Under the pieces are notes generated by a model. That model ran no database searches, was not told the origin of the DNA, and saw nothing but the letters and a program-made list of their open reading frames with translations. This document shows, one piece after another, positions 1 through 9,579 of a stretch of 64,000 bases of DNA; the stretch's first letter is position 1, and each line of letters opens with the position of its first letter. Source of the DNA: an uncultured Acidobacteriota bacterium (GTDB lineage: Bacteria; Acidobacteriota; Terriglobia; UBA7540); contig CAWDSK010000003.1 in the NCBI GenBank assembly GCA_963804995.1, positions 416,001 to 480,000 on the forward strand, given 5' to 3'. The position numbers were made by a program, and so were the translations under genes.

Positions 1-1
1 C

Positions 2-1042
2 TCCTATGGGGCCAACGTGGTTATCGCACCTGCGTCTTCGGAGGCGGCAGGCGCGGCGGCGGGCGGCGTTCTGGATGAGGTCAGGCTTCAGCCCGTTGCG
101 GAGTTCACACGCGAGACACCCGGCACGACCGCGGTTCCACTTCTTTACGGCGTGGTCCGTGTATCACCCCACTCCACCGACCCGCGTTTGCCCGAGTTTG
201 AGAATGCCGTGGCCGTGGGATCAGAATTTGGCGCTTTGCGCCGTGTGAATTCTGGCTGGCGCCTGGCCGGTAATGAGATTGCGGATGATCTGCCTGCCGG
301 GGAATGCGCCGTTGGGTCACACCTTGCCACTCGGCTCAATGCACACTTGGGAGATTCAATTAAATTGCAGCCCGTGGGGGATCGAAACCCTGCAAACGCG
401 TCTGCACCCGAGCCCTGTCGTATCGCGGCAGTACTCTCGACGGGCGCTGCGGAAGACGACCAGGTGTTTCTTCCGCTCGGCTCGCTGCAATCCCTTTTGA
501 GCGTGAACGGCAAAATCAGTCTCGTCGAAATGGCCATTCCCGGCGAAACGCGCGAAGTCGAACGGGCCGTCGCGAGGCTCTCTGGCCTTTTACCCGGCCT
601 TGCGGTACGCCCCATTCGCCAGATTGTTTACTCCGAAGGGAAGGTCCTGGGAACCGTTCGCTGGCTGATGCTTTCCTTAACGGTTCTGATTCTGGTTATC
701 ATTGCTCTTTGTGTTATGGCCACCATGACGGCGATTGTGCTGGAGCGCCGCAAAGATATCGGCGTGATGAAGGCACTGGGGGCCGCCGACGCGCTGCTGA
801 TGCGCCTCTTCATGATGGAGGGGCTGGGACTAGGTTTGGTGGGAGGCTTGGCGGGATTCTGGGTGGGCGCGCTGCTGGCGCGTGGCATGGCGCAGAGGCT
901 GTTCGGTGTCACGCTCAGTTTAGATTGGTGGACGCTGCCGCTGGTTTGCGGATTGACCGTCGCGCTGGCCGTGCTAGCCGTGCAGTTGCCCGTGCGCATC
1001 GTGCGGTCGATTCAACCCACCGTGGTGTTGAAGGGAGAGTAA
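2..1042 (+). CDS. ABC transporter permease, MacB/FtsX family (5' truncated by window edge)
   Basis: Frame is open from base 2. C-terminal FtsX domain with ERRKDIGVMKALGA motif and 3 TM segments; adjacent to an ABC ATPase. Confidence 0.9.
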   Translation, partial: SYGANVVIAPASSEAAGAAAGGVLDEVRLQPVAEFTRETPGTTAVPLLYGVVRVSPHSTDPRLPEFENAVAVGSEFGALRRVNSGWRLAGNEIADDLPAGECAVGSHLATRLNAHLGDSIKLQPVGDRNPANASAPEPCRIAAVLSTGAAEDDQVFLPLGSLQSLLSVNGKISLVEMAIPGETREVERAVARLSGLLPGLAVRPIRQIVYSEGKVLGTVRWLMLSLTVLILVIIALCVMATMTAIVLERRKDIGVMKALGAADALLMRLFMMEGLGLGLVGGLAGFWVGALLARGMAQRLFGVTLSLDWWTLPLVCGLTVALAVLAVQLPVRIVRSIQPTVVLKGE

Positions 1043-2134
1043 TTGTCATTCATCGAAGTTGAGAGCCTGACCAAGACGTATGGCACGTCGCTCGATGCGT
1101 TGCACGGCGTCACCTTCACGGTTGAAAAAGGTGAGTGGATCGCCGTGATGGGCCCGTCCGGCTCCGGCAAGAGCACTCTGCTGAACATTCTCGGCGGCTT
1201 GGACGCTTCCAGCTCTGGCCGCGTGTGGCTGGAGGGCCAGGATGTTTCCAAGCTCTCCGCCAATGAGCTCGCCCGCTTTCGGGCGGATAAAATCGGCTTC
1301 GTCTTCCAACAGTTCCACCTGGTTCCCTACCTGACCGCGCTCGAAAACGTGATGCTCGCGCAATACTTCCACAGCCTTTCGGATGAACGCGAGGCCGCTG
1401 AGGCGCTCCGCCGCGTGGGGCTCGGCGACCGCTTGGAACATCTGCCGTCCGAGCTTTCCGGGGGCGAGCAGCAGCGCGTGTGCGTGGCGCGGGCGCTCAT
1501 CAATCAGCCCAATCTGATTCTGGCGGATGAGCCCACGGGCAATCTCGATGAGGTGAATGAGGCCCTGGTGATGGGCCTGCTTTCGGAACTGCACCGCGAA
1601 GGTCACACCATCGTCATGGTCACGCACGATCCGGAAATCGGCCGCCTGGCCGAGCGCCGCATCGAATTGCACCACGGACGCCTGACGGAAGTTTCCGTCT
1701 TCCCCTCTTACGAGCAGGAGCTGATCGACAATCTGCTGAAGGCCGTCTGGCACGCACAGGAAGATACGGGCCGGAGCGTTCTGGAACCCGATGCGTTGCC
1801 TGAGTTCGCCCCCAACCGCGCCACCTTCCTGCTGATGGCGCAGGAAGGATTGATCGAGCTCGAAGGCCCGGCGCTAACGTTCAGCCCGCGCGGTGAGGCT
1901 CGGGCCCGGCATGTGCTGCGCCGGCATCGCCTTTCTGAACGACTTTTCTACGAAACCTTTGGCATCGACAAGGATGCGCTCGACGATCACGCCTGCAAAA
2001 TTGAGCACTCGCTCAGCCCGGAAGTGACGGAGAAGATCTGCACCTTCCTCCATCATCCACAGACCTGCCCCCACGGCTCGCCCATCCCCCGCGGCGAATG
2101 CTGCCTGAGAGAGGCAGTAAGCAGTAATCAGTAA
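1043..2134 (+). CDS. LolD/MacB-type ABC ATP-binding protein fused to C-terminal DtxR/MntR-like metal-binding and dimerisation domain
   Basis: Walker A GPSGSGKS, LSGGEQQR signature, ILADEPTGNLD; C-terminal RRHRLSERLF..DDHACKIEH..PQTCPHGSPIP. TTG start directly after the permease stop. Confidence 0.88.
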   Translation: MSFIEVESLTKTYGTSLDALHGVTFTVEKGEWIAVMGPSGSGKSTLLNILGGLDASSSGRVWLEGQDVSKLSANELARFRADKIGFVFQQFHLVPYLTALENVMLAQYFHSLSDEREAAEALRRVGLGDRLEHLPSELSGGEQQRVCVARALINQPNLILADEPTGNLDEVNEALVMGLLSELHREGHTIVMVTHDPEIGRLAERRIELHHGRLTEVSVFPSYEQELIDNLLKAVWHAQEDTGRSVLEPDALPEFAPNRATFLLMAQEGLIELEGPALTFSPRGEARARHVLRRHRLSERLFYETFGIDKDALDDHACKIEHSLSPEVTEKICTFLHHPQTCPHGSPIPRGECCLREAVSSNQ

Positions 2135-2909
2135 GCAGAAGGCAGCGAGCACTTCGTGCGAGTCCCGACGAGTCGGGAAACCGGGTAGCATAGAGTCTCG
2201 CGTTTTCCGAGACTCTGCGGCTCTTCGTTCGTAGGGTGCGACTTCCTATCACCGCTTACGACCTTCTCTGTTCTCTGTTCCCTGTCCCCTACCGCCTCAC
2301 GTGTCAAAGCCATGTGTTAATAAGACAGTGCATGTTTATCATATTAAGAACCGCAGAGTCTGAAAGGCACAGACTCTGATGCGCTACCCGCTGCGACCGG
2401 GGCGCGCGGCAGTGCGGCAGTTTGATTTTGCGGGGTCTTATGCGGGCCGGGCAGGGAAAGCACCGCAAGCCTATGTATGTAGCCTATTCATCGGGAGAGG
2501 GGCGCCGGGGTTCCCGGTTCAGGCCGGGGATCGTGGTCGCCCCAGCGGCATTCTCTGCATAGCGATCGCCAGACCGTCCCTCTGCACCAGGGAATTCTCA
2601 TGGGTCACGAAGCGGTTGTTCTGGGCTTTTCGGCCCTTACCAACTGGACACATTGTCATCCTGTTTTACCATTTTTCATATCGTTACTAACCATATTTGT
2701 TTTCAATAACCTCTCAGCTTTGGCAAACAGAAAACCCGAGTTGACGCGCTTTGTTTTCAACATGTTCTCAGCTTTGGGCGTTTTGGGCATCCTGCGACAC
2801 AATGTCGGCTAAAAATGGATAGCTCGAACGGTCTGTTTTCAGTCTCACTTTTCAGTCCTCCTTGTGCCGCGACTCACGCCGGGCCCTTTGGAGCGTCGAG
2901 GCAGTCTAG

Positions 2910-2939
2910 ATTATACGCGACATTAAAGCACAATGTAAA
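2910..2939 (-). promoter_or_regulatory. Sigma70-like promoter (TTTACA-18nt-TATAAT)
   Basis: Near-consensus hexamers on the minus strand, followed by AAGGAGG and a GTG codon at 2848. Confidence 0.5.
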
Positions 2940-2954
2940 GCCTAATATGTTCTG

Positions 2955-3045
2955 GGTGCTATCCTAATTTCAAATGTCGCGCCGGCTTCCAGCCGGCATT
3001 GAGCCGCGATGCATCGGGGCGCTACGTTCAAATTAGGGCACTAAC
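2955..3045. mobile_element. MITE with IS1-like GGTRRTG ends and palindromic core
   Basis: Terminal inverted repeats GGTGCTATCCTAATTT/AAATTAGGGCACTAAC; near-identical copy at 55193-55283. Confidence 0.7.
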
Positions 3046-3349
3046 TTACTTGACTCATCCACTAGGCAGGTTGGCGCAGAGCGAGCTCAGCTCTGCGATT
3101 CACGTCTCTGACCAAGCCGCCGATTCTCCTATTGTGCCGATCTAGGAAACATGCTTCCGATTCTTTCGTCTGAACGATTCATGCCCCTGACCAGGGACCG
3201 GCTGGCTTGACTATATCGCTGCGCTCGCCCTGCGCCAACCCGCCGTACTAATGTCTCTGCCGGGGCACTCGGTCATCTTACTCCCTTTAAGGGCCGCCTA
3301 CATCCCGACCGAGCGCGCCGGAACGTGTGCGCCACCCGCGGGAAAGCCA

Positions 3350-3655
3350 GGGGCTAGGGACTGGGGGCTTGGGATTAGGGAAAATCGACCGCCCCCGACC
3401 GCCCCGCTGTGACACACTTCCCCGCTACGGTAATCGGATGAATGGGACGCGAACCTGAACCTAACTCGATGGCTCGGAAACCGCCGATCGCTCAATCGCT
3501 AATTCACCCGATCACCCAATGATTCAATGACCCAATGAATCAATGACCCAATGAATCAATGACCCAATCCGCGCTGTGCCGCACTCCCCGGTGCTGACAG
3601 CTCACAGCTGACAGCTCACAGTTTTCCCCAGCCCCGAGCCCCTAGCCCCCAGTCC
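3350..3655. repeat. Short tandem heptamer arrays (e.g. caatgac/caatgaa, ctgacag, ccctagc)
   Basis: Visible 7-bp periodic tracts, with GGGGCTA-type and TAGCCCC-type tracts in inverted orientation. Confidence 0.65.
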
Positions 3656-3656
3656 C

Positions 3657-4739
3657 GTGCCCCGTCACCTGACCTTCCTTACTATTCAAGGCTCGCGCGG
3701 GCAAGACAACCTCGCAACACACCGCCACATCCAAGGCGGGGAACGCTCTCGAAAATTCTCTGTCGGGCCAGATCATAGCGGCCCGCAAGGCGGTGCTATT
3801 GTGTGGCTGCACCCTCGAAGTGTCTCTCCAGGCAAGCAAGCTGACCCTGATTCTAAGGCACCCGCTCCCCGCGCCTTTGAACCGACATCGTTCGACGCGC
3901 CTCCCCTTTCGCTCTCACTCCTTTGGCAGGATTATCCGCAGAACCCTTTTTCGTGGGCGAATTCCCTGCTCGTTCATCTCTTGGTACTCACGGCCCTATT
4001 GCTGCCCTATGGAACTCATTGCCTAATTGCCCCCCCACAAATTACCAGGGAATTTCCCGACCACTGGAGGATTATCCCCCTTACGTTCCCTCAACTCCGC
4101 GGCCCCGATGAGAAGACCGGTGGTGGAGGAGGAGGCGGAACCCAGTCTCCTTTTCCCGCCTCGCGCGGCGCCATCCCCCGTTTCGCAAATGAGCAATACG
4201 CTCCGCCCGCGGTCAAGATTCCGAACCTGGCGCCGGTCCTGGCGGTTGAGCCGACCTTGCTCGGCCCGCCTGAATTGAAACTCCCGGCCATGAATGAGTA
4301 CTCGACCTGGGGCGATCCCCATGGCGTTCTGGGACCAGCTTCGAACGGCTCTGGGCTGGGTGGCGGAATCGGCGATGGCAAGGGCACCGGGGTGGGCCCC
4401 GGCAAGGGTCCGGGTTATGGGCCCGGTTCAGATGGAGGTTGCTGCGGAGACGCCTTTACGGTCGGCGGCCAGGTCATCGGGCCGGTCCCCATTTACAAGC
4501 CGGAACCTGCCTACTCAGAAGAAGCGCGTAAGGCCAAGTACTCCGGCACCGTGACGTTGTGGATTGTCGTCGACCCGCAGGGCAGCGTGCGCGACATCCG
4601 CCTGGTAAAGGGTGTGGGTATGGGCCTGGATGAGAAAGCCGAAGAAGCCGTGCGCACTTGGAAATTCAAGCCTGGCACTCGCCTGGGGGTGCCAGTGGCA
4701 GTGCGGGTGATGGTGGAAATCGCCTTCCGGCTATTCTGA
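3657..4739 (+). CDS. tonB: Energy transducer TonB family protein (start uncertain, probably downstream of 3657)
   Basis: TM segment SLLVHLLVL, Gly/Pro-rich linker, C-terminal TonB_C domain (PEPAYSEEARKAKYSGTV..LDEKAEEAVRTWKFKPG). Confidence 0.85.
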   Translation: MPRHLTFLTIQGSRGQDNLATHRHIQGGERSRKFSVGPDHSGPQGGAIVWLHPRSVSPGKQADPDSKAPAPRAFEPTSFDAPPLSLSLLWQDYPQNPFSWANSLLVHLLVLTALLLPYGTHCLIAPPQITREFPDHWRIIPLTFPQLRGPDEKTGGGGGGGTQSPFPASRGAIPRFANEQYAPPAVKIPNLAPVLAVEPTLLGPPELKLPAMNEYSTWGDPHGVLGPASNGSGLGGGIGDGKGTGVGPGKGPGYGPGSDGGCCGDAFTVGGQVIGPVPIYKPEPAYSEEARKAKYSGTVTLWIVVDPQGSVRDIRLVKGVGMGLDEKAEEAVRTWKFKPGTRLGVPVAVRVMVEIAFRLF

Positions 4740-4784
4740 TTGCTCACACGATGCTGCAGGCCGCCGGAGTTTGCTTGCGCCTCG

Positions 4785-5108
4785 CTAAGGTGGAGCAATG
4801 GCTGTGTACTCGAGCTTCAGTAGAGCCTTGCAGGCTATGCAAACGCAATCCAGGGGGGAAGCTGAGTCGCCTATGGCGAACACTTTGGTTTCGCCGCATC
4901 GCGCGCAGGCTGTCGTGGGCGCGCTGGGGTCAGAATCGGGAGGGATTTCAAAGTCCTCTTTGACTTCGCCCACCCGCGTCGTTTCCAACTCGAACGTCGT
5001 GTAACAATCATTGCACACGTGGTTAAAGCAGCACTCGGGTTTGCAGGAATAGACGACTTCTGTGGACCCGCAATGCGGACAAAGGGTGGCGAGGGGCTTA
5101 AGCGTCAT
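4785..5108 (-). CDS. Small Cys-rich protein with two putative zinc ribbons
   Basis: 107 aa from ATG 5108: CPHC..CKPECC..CNDC and CARC..CIAC. Confidence 0.75.
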   Translation of the reverse strand: MTLKPLATLCPHCGSTEVVYSCKPECCFNHVCNDCYTTFELETTRVGEVKEDFEIPPDSDPSAPTTACARCGETKVFAIGDSASPLDCVCIACKALLKLEYTAIAPP

Positions 5109-5303
5109 CGTAATTTCAGAATGACGCAGTCCCAGATGTGCTGTCAAGCGCTGTCCCACTTGCTGCTCAAAGTGCGCCTTAGCGCGCCATAGCGCGCGAC
5201 GTCCCACCAACTTCCCCTCGACATTACCAAAAGATCACGACAATTTCAGCCCCCGCGCTTTTCCACTTGTCAGCCAGACGAGGAAGAATGACAATACGCG
5301 CGG

Positions 5304-6205
5304 ATGAGTTCACCGCGCACCTATTGGACGTTTGCACGCCCCTTCACCTTGGTTCCTCCCATGACCGGGATTTTTTCCGGAACCCTTCTGGGCTATGGAG
5401 CGACGCACGCCTCTGTTCATCCTGTGCGAATCACGCTGGCCGTACTCGCCGCAGGAGTGCTCAACGCCGCCTCGAACGGGCTGAACCAAATCTGCGACCT
5501 TACCAACGATCGCATCAACAAGCCGCACCGACCGCTGCCCTCCGGCCAACTGAACATGCGCCAGGCCTGGGCTTTTACCATCGCGACATACGCGTTGGCG
5601 CTCGCGATGGTGGCAGTGGTGAATCTCGAGACCTTTGCCATTTACGCGATTGCCGCGCTCGGCACGGTGGCATATTCCGCGCCTCCGGTGCGGCTGAAGC
5701 GCCATCCTGTGGGCTCCAATCTGATCATCGCGCTCATTCGCGGAGGGCTGCTCAAAGTGGCGGGATGGGCCGCGGTCGCAACCGTGCTCCATTCGGTTGA
5801 GCCCTGGTACATCGGGAGCATCTATTTCATTTTCCTCCTGGGAGCAACCACCACGAAGGATTTCGCGGATATCGCGGGCGACCGCGCCGCGGGCTGCATC
5901 ACCCTGCCGGTCAAGTACGGCCCCGTCTGGAGCGCGCGCGCCATCAGCCCGGCTTTTCTTGTCCCTGGTTGTTGTTGCCTCTTGGCCTCGCATTCCATAT
6001 ACTGAGTGGCGATCCCACGGCCATCCTGGTGTTGAGCGTCATCATGCTGACTTGGGGTGCGTACGTCGCCTATTTAATTAACAAGGATCCGCGCCGACTG
6101 GTCACCGAAGGTGAAAACCATCCTTCCTGGCATCACATGTACTGGATGATGATGGTGGGCCATTTAGGCCTGGCTGGGGCATATTTGATTCGATTGGCTC
6201 GTTAA
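5304..6205 (+). CDS. UbiA-family prenyltransferase (DGGGP synthase/ChlG/HPT-like); apparent 1-bp frameshift near 5963-5965
   Basis: NQICDLTNDRINKPHRPLPSG and KDFADIAGDRAAG Asp-rich motifs. ORFs 5304-6005 and 5969-6205 join if one C is added to the CCC run. Confidence 0.85.
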
Positions 6206-6234
6206 GTTGCCTGGTTCGATTACCCAATAACTTC

Positions 6235-7227
6235 ATGATACTCCTGACTGGTGCTACCGGATATCTCGGCTCTCAAATCGCGCGTGAGCTCAGAGCGCGA
6301 CGCACGCCTTTCCGCGTTTTGGTACGCGATGCCGCCCGCCTGGACTTTGACCCGGCACAACACCAATGCGAAGTGGCCGTGGGCGATCTCGGTGACCGCG
6401 AAGCCCTGCGCACCGCGCTGCGCAAGGTGGATGCAGTTATCCACACGGCTGGCCTTGTCAAGATGTGGGTGCGCGACACGCGTGAGTTCCGGCGCATCAA
6501 CCTTGAGTGCTTGCAGACGTTGCTCGAAGAGGCTGTACGGGCGGGCGTGCCTAGGGTCGTCTATACGTCTTCGTTCATTGCCCTGGGGCCATCGGCGGAC
6601 GTGATTGCGGCGGAGGGGCTGCGCAACGCCGGGCCGTTTGCGAATGAGTATGAGGAAAGCAAGGCCGCGGCGCTCGAGTGGCTGCGCAGTGAAGGCCTGC
6701 GCAAGTTCCCGGTCATCGTGCTGCTCCCCGGCGTCATTTACGGCCCCGGACCAAGCACGGAGGGCAACCTGGTGGGCGGCATGATCACCCAGTACATCGA
6801 GGGAATCCTCCCCGGGGTGCTCGGTTCCGGCGAGCAGCGCTGGAGTTTTGCCTTTAACTCCGACGTGGCAAACGCGCACTTGGCCGCTCTCGACAAGGGA
6901 AGGCTGAGTGAAGAGTATGTGCTGGGAGGAGATAACCGCTCGCTCAATGATTTCTTCCGCGTGTTGGCGGGATTCACTCACATCCGGCGGAGGATTCGCC
7001 ATATTCCTTTTGCTCTGGGGAGGCTCCTGGGCGCCGCCGAAGTTGCGCGCGCGCGAGTTTTTGGTCACGCTCCACTGCTTACTCCCGGAGTCGTAGAGAT
7101 CTTCAAGCATGACTGGGTTTATTCGAGCGCCAAGGCGATTCGCGAACTTGATTATTGGGTGGCGCCGCTCGAAGAGGGGTTGCTGAAGACGCTGGACATC
7201 ACGAAGCCTCACGACGCCCCAAAATAA
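6235..7227 (+). CDS. Extended SDR (NAD-dependent epimerase/dehydratase family), farnesol-dehydrogenase-like
   Basis: TGATGYLG Rossmann motif, YTSSFIALG, YEESK catalytic motif, PGVIYGPG, GILPGVLGSG. Confidence 0.85.
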   Translation: MILLTGATGYLGSQIARELRARRTPFRVLVRDAARLDFDPAQHQCEVAVGDLGDREALRTALRKVDAVIHTAGLVKMWVRDTREFRRINLECLQTLLEEAVRAGVPRVVYTSSFIALGPSADVIAAEGLRNAGPFANEYEESKAAALEWLRSEGLRKFPVIVLLPGVIYGPGPSTEGNLVGGMITQYIEGILPGVLGSGEQRWSFAFNSDVANAHLAALDKGRLSEEYVLGGDNRSLNDFFRVLAGFTHIRRRIRHIPFALGRLLGAAEVARARVFGHAPLLTPGVVEIFKHDWVYSSAKAIRELDYWVAPLEEGLLKTLDITKPHDAPK

Positions 7228-7282
7228 AGCCGCTGCTAATTTGGGGTCACGCACCCTGGCGCGAGGAAGTGGTCTGCTACTG

Positions 7283-8656
7283 ATGAACCTATCGGAACTT
7301 CCCCATTCCGGCACGATCGCGCGGTCACCCCTCCTTTCCACGCGCAAGATCGTCCACATGTCAATGTTGAGCTTCGCGTTCTTGCTGCCGTATCTCACCT
7401 GGACACAGGCAGCGGGATGCGCACTCCTGGCGCTGTTATTCAACTTGGTCATACTGCCACGGCTCGCTGTCGACTTGCGTAAGGCTCCGGTGGGCGCCCC
7501 GGACGCCAACCTGTGGACCGGCATCGTCATCTACCCCATTTCCGTCCTCGCCCTGATTCTGCTTTACCGCCATGACCTGCAGATTGTAGGGGCCGTGTGG
7601 GCCATCCTGGCGTTGGGCGATGGCATGGCAGGTGTGGCAGGCAGCACCCTGGGTGGACCGGCGCTTCCCTGGAATCGGGAAAAAACCTGGTCGGGATTTG
7701 TGGGATTCCTCGTAGCCGGCACGGCGGGGGCGTACGTCCTGACGCGTTGGATAGCGCCCTCGGTTGCACCTGACTTCGCGCTGAGGATTTGCGCGGCCAC
7801 GGCGCTGGTGGGCGCGCTTGTAGAGTCCGCGCCCATTCGCCTGGACGACAACGCCTCGGTTCCCTTGGTGGCGGGCGCCTTCATGTTCTGCGCGTATTTC
7901 ATCGAGCGGAGCGCGCTGGACAGTAACCTGCCATACCTCGGGCGCCGCATCCTCCTGGCCGCGGCAATCAATCTCAGTTTGGCGATCCTGGCCTTAGCGC
8001 TCAAGATGGTCAATCGCTCGGGCGCGATCTGCGGATTCCTGCTGGGCATAGCGGTCTATCTTGGCTACGGCTACAAAAGCTTCTTGCTGATGTTTGCTTT
8101 CTTCCTGGTGGGTTCCCTCGCCACCCGGCTCGGATATGCGCGCAAGGCGGCTCGGGGAGTAGCGGAGAAGCGCGGAGGAGCCAGAAGTTGGCGGGAGGCG
8201 ATGGCCAACTCGCTGGCGGGCGCCTTCTTCGCCATACTCGTCATCACCACCCACCACGAGGGCGCCTTCCTGATAGCCTTGATTGCCGCGTTCGCAGAAG
8301 CTACGGGCGACACCACCTCAAGCGAGATTGGGCAGTGGCTTTCCAGTCGCGCCTACTTGATCACGACTTTCAAATCGGTTCCTGCCGGTGAAGATGGCGG
8401 CGTCTCCGTGGGAGGCAGTGTGGCGGGCGCACTCGCCTCCGCCCTCATCGTGGGACTGGGCTTCGGCTTGGGCCTATGTGGGAAAGGCGGAGCGGCCATG
8501 GCGCTGGCGGGGGCTGTGGCCGGAAACCTGCTCGATAGCATTCTGGGCGCCACGCTGGAGCGGCGCGGACTGGTTACCAACGGCATCGTAAACTTCGCGG
8601 GCACCAGCTTTGCCGGCGCACTGGCCTTGTGCATCGCGCTGCACTTGGGTTTCTAA
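7283..8656 (+). CDS. Fusion of phytol/dolichol-kinase-like (CTP_transf_1) domain and DUF92 domain
   Basis: N-terminal RKIVH, GDGMAG, KTWSG, DDNASVP; C-terminal GGARSWREAMANS, ATGDTTSSEIG, VPAGEDGGVS..GS, DSILGATLE. Confidence 0.85.
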   Translation: MNLSELPHSGTIARSPLLSTRKIVHMSMLSFAFLLPYLTWTQAAGCALLALLFNLVILPRLAVDLRKAPVGAPDANLWTGIVIYPISVLALILLYRHDLQIVGAVWAILALGDGMAGVAGSTLGGPALPWNREKTWSGFVGFLVAGTAGAYVLTRWIAPSVAPDFALRICAATALVGALVESAPIRLDDNASVPLVAGAFMFCAYFIERSALDSNLPYLGRRILLAAAINLSLAILALALKMVNRSGAICGFLLGIAVYLGYGYKSFLLMFAFFLVGSLATRLGYARKAARGVAEKRGGARSWREAMANSLAGAFFAILVITTHHEGAFLIALIAAFAEATGDTTSSEIGQWLSSRAYLITTFKSVPAGEDGGVSVGGSVAGALASALIVGLGFGLGLCGKGGAAMALAGAVAGNLLDSILGATLERRGLVTNGIVNFAGTSFAGALALCIALHLGF

Positions 8657-8687
8657 CCCGGATATCTCCCTACACCGTAGGCAGTGA

Positions 8688-8829
8688 ACGTAGCGCGGAC
8701 CTCCGCTGTTGAGGTCCGCGGCCCTTCATGCGAAAAACTCCAGATCTCAAAGAAGCGAGCTGCCTTCAGATTCAGTAGCGTGATTCTAATGAAGAACCGC
8801 AGACCTCAACCCCGGAGGTCTGCGCTACA
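8688..8829. repeat. GTAG-ended REP/REPIN-like palindrome
   Basis: GTAGCGCGGACCTCC..GGAGGTCTGCGCTAC; related copy near 40591-40661. Confidence 0.65.
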
Positions 8830-8880
8830 CTCACGGGTCGCCGCGGCGACGCGGTGGCAACCGCTGCGCCTAGAATCTCG

Positions 8881-8910
8881 TTTACAACTTTCTTGCTCAG
8901 ACGCTAGAAT
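8881..8910 (+). promoter_or_regulatory. Putative sigma70 promoter of coaD (TTTACA-18-TAGAAT)
   Basis: Hexamer match about 50 nt upstream of the coaD start. Confidence 0.45.
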
Positions 8911-8958
8911 GAAAGGGAAGTTAAGCACAAGTTCGGGCACCGTCTTTTTTTACAACTC

Positions 8959-9453
8959 ATGGCTGAGATCCTTGCAATCTATCCCGGATCTTTCGATCCG
9001 ATGACGAATGGCCACCTCGATTTGATTGAGCGGGGCAGCCATCTCTTCGATCGGCTGATCGTTTCGGTCCTGACCAACCTCGACAAGGACCCGCTTTTCA
9101 CGGTGGCCGAACGCGTCGAAATGCTCCAGGAAGCAGCGTGCCACATTCCGAACGTCTCGGTGGATACCTTCAGCGGCCTGCTGGTCGATTACGCGCGGCA
9201 GAAGCAGGCGCAAGTGATTTTGCGGGGGATTCGCGCTTTCACGGACTATGAATATGAGCTACAGATGGCGCTGATGAATCGCAAATTGGAGCCCGAACTG
9301 GAAACCGTTTTCTTGATGCCCGCTCTCTCCTACACCTACGTCAGCTCGCGCCTGGTGCGGGAGATCTTTCAACTCGGGGGTTCCGTCAAAGACCTGGTTC
9401 CCGCCCTGGTCGAAGAGCGGCTTCGTCAGAAAGTCTTTCAAGGCAAGACGTAG
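8959..9453 (+). CDS. coaD: Pantetheine-phosphate adenylyltransferase
   Basis: YPGSFDPMTNGHLD, RGIRAFTDYEYE, VSSRLVREI. Confidence 0.97.
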   Translation: MAEILAIYPGSFDPMTNGHLDLIERGSHLFDRLIVSVLTNLDKDPLFTVAERVEMLQEAACHIPNVSVDTFSGLLVDYARQKQAQVILRGIRAFTDYEYELQMALMNRKLEPELETVFLMPALSYTYVSSRLVREIFQLGGSVKDLVPALVEERLRQKVFQGKT

Positions 9454-9472
9454 GAAGCGGATGAAGAAGGAC

Positions 9473-9545
9473 GTAGCGGCGGGTTTACCCCGCCATCAGG
9501 CCCGCGATCACGTGGCATAAAATGGCGGGGTAAACCCGCCGCTAC
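9473..9545. repeat. GTAG-ended REP doublet palindrome
   Basis: GTAGCGGCGGGTTTACCCCGCCAT..ATGGCGGGGTAAACCCGCCGCTAC. Confidence 0.75.
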
Positions 9546-9579
9546 TTCCCGCCGGCCTAACTTCCCAGATTGGATTAGG

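Noticed and set aside
2379..2812. Plus-strand ORFs of 103 and 70 aa
   Set aside because: No RBS or recognisable motifs; the promoter and RBS signals are on the opposite strand.
6220..7530. 436-aa minus-strand ORF
   Set aside because: Antisense shadow of the SDR gene; no motifs.
5304..8656. Chlorophyll synthase/phototrophy or hopanoid (HpnA) locus
   Set aside because: No bch/chl, shc or hpn genes in the window; the motifs do not fix the substrate.
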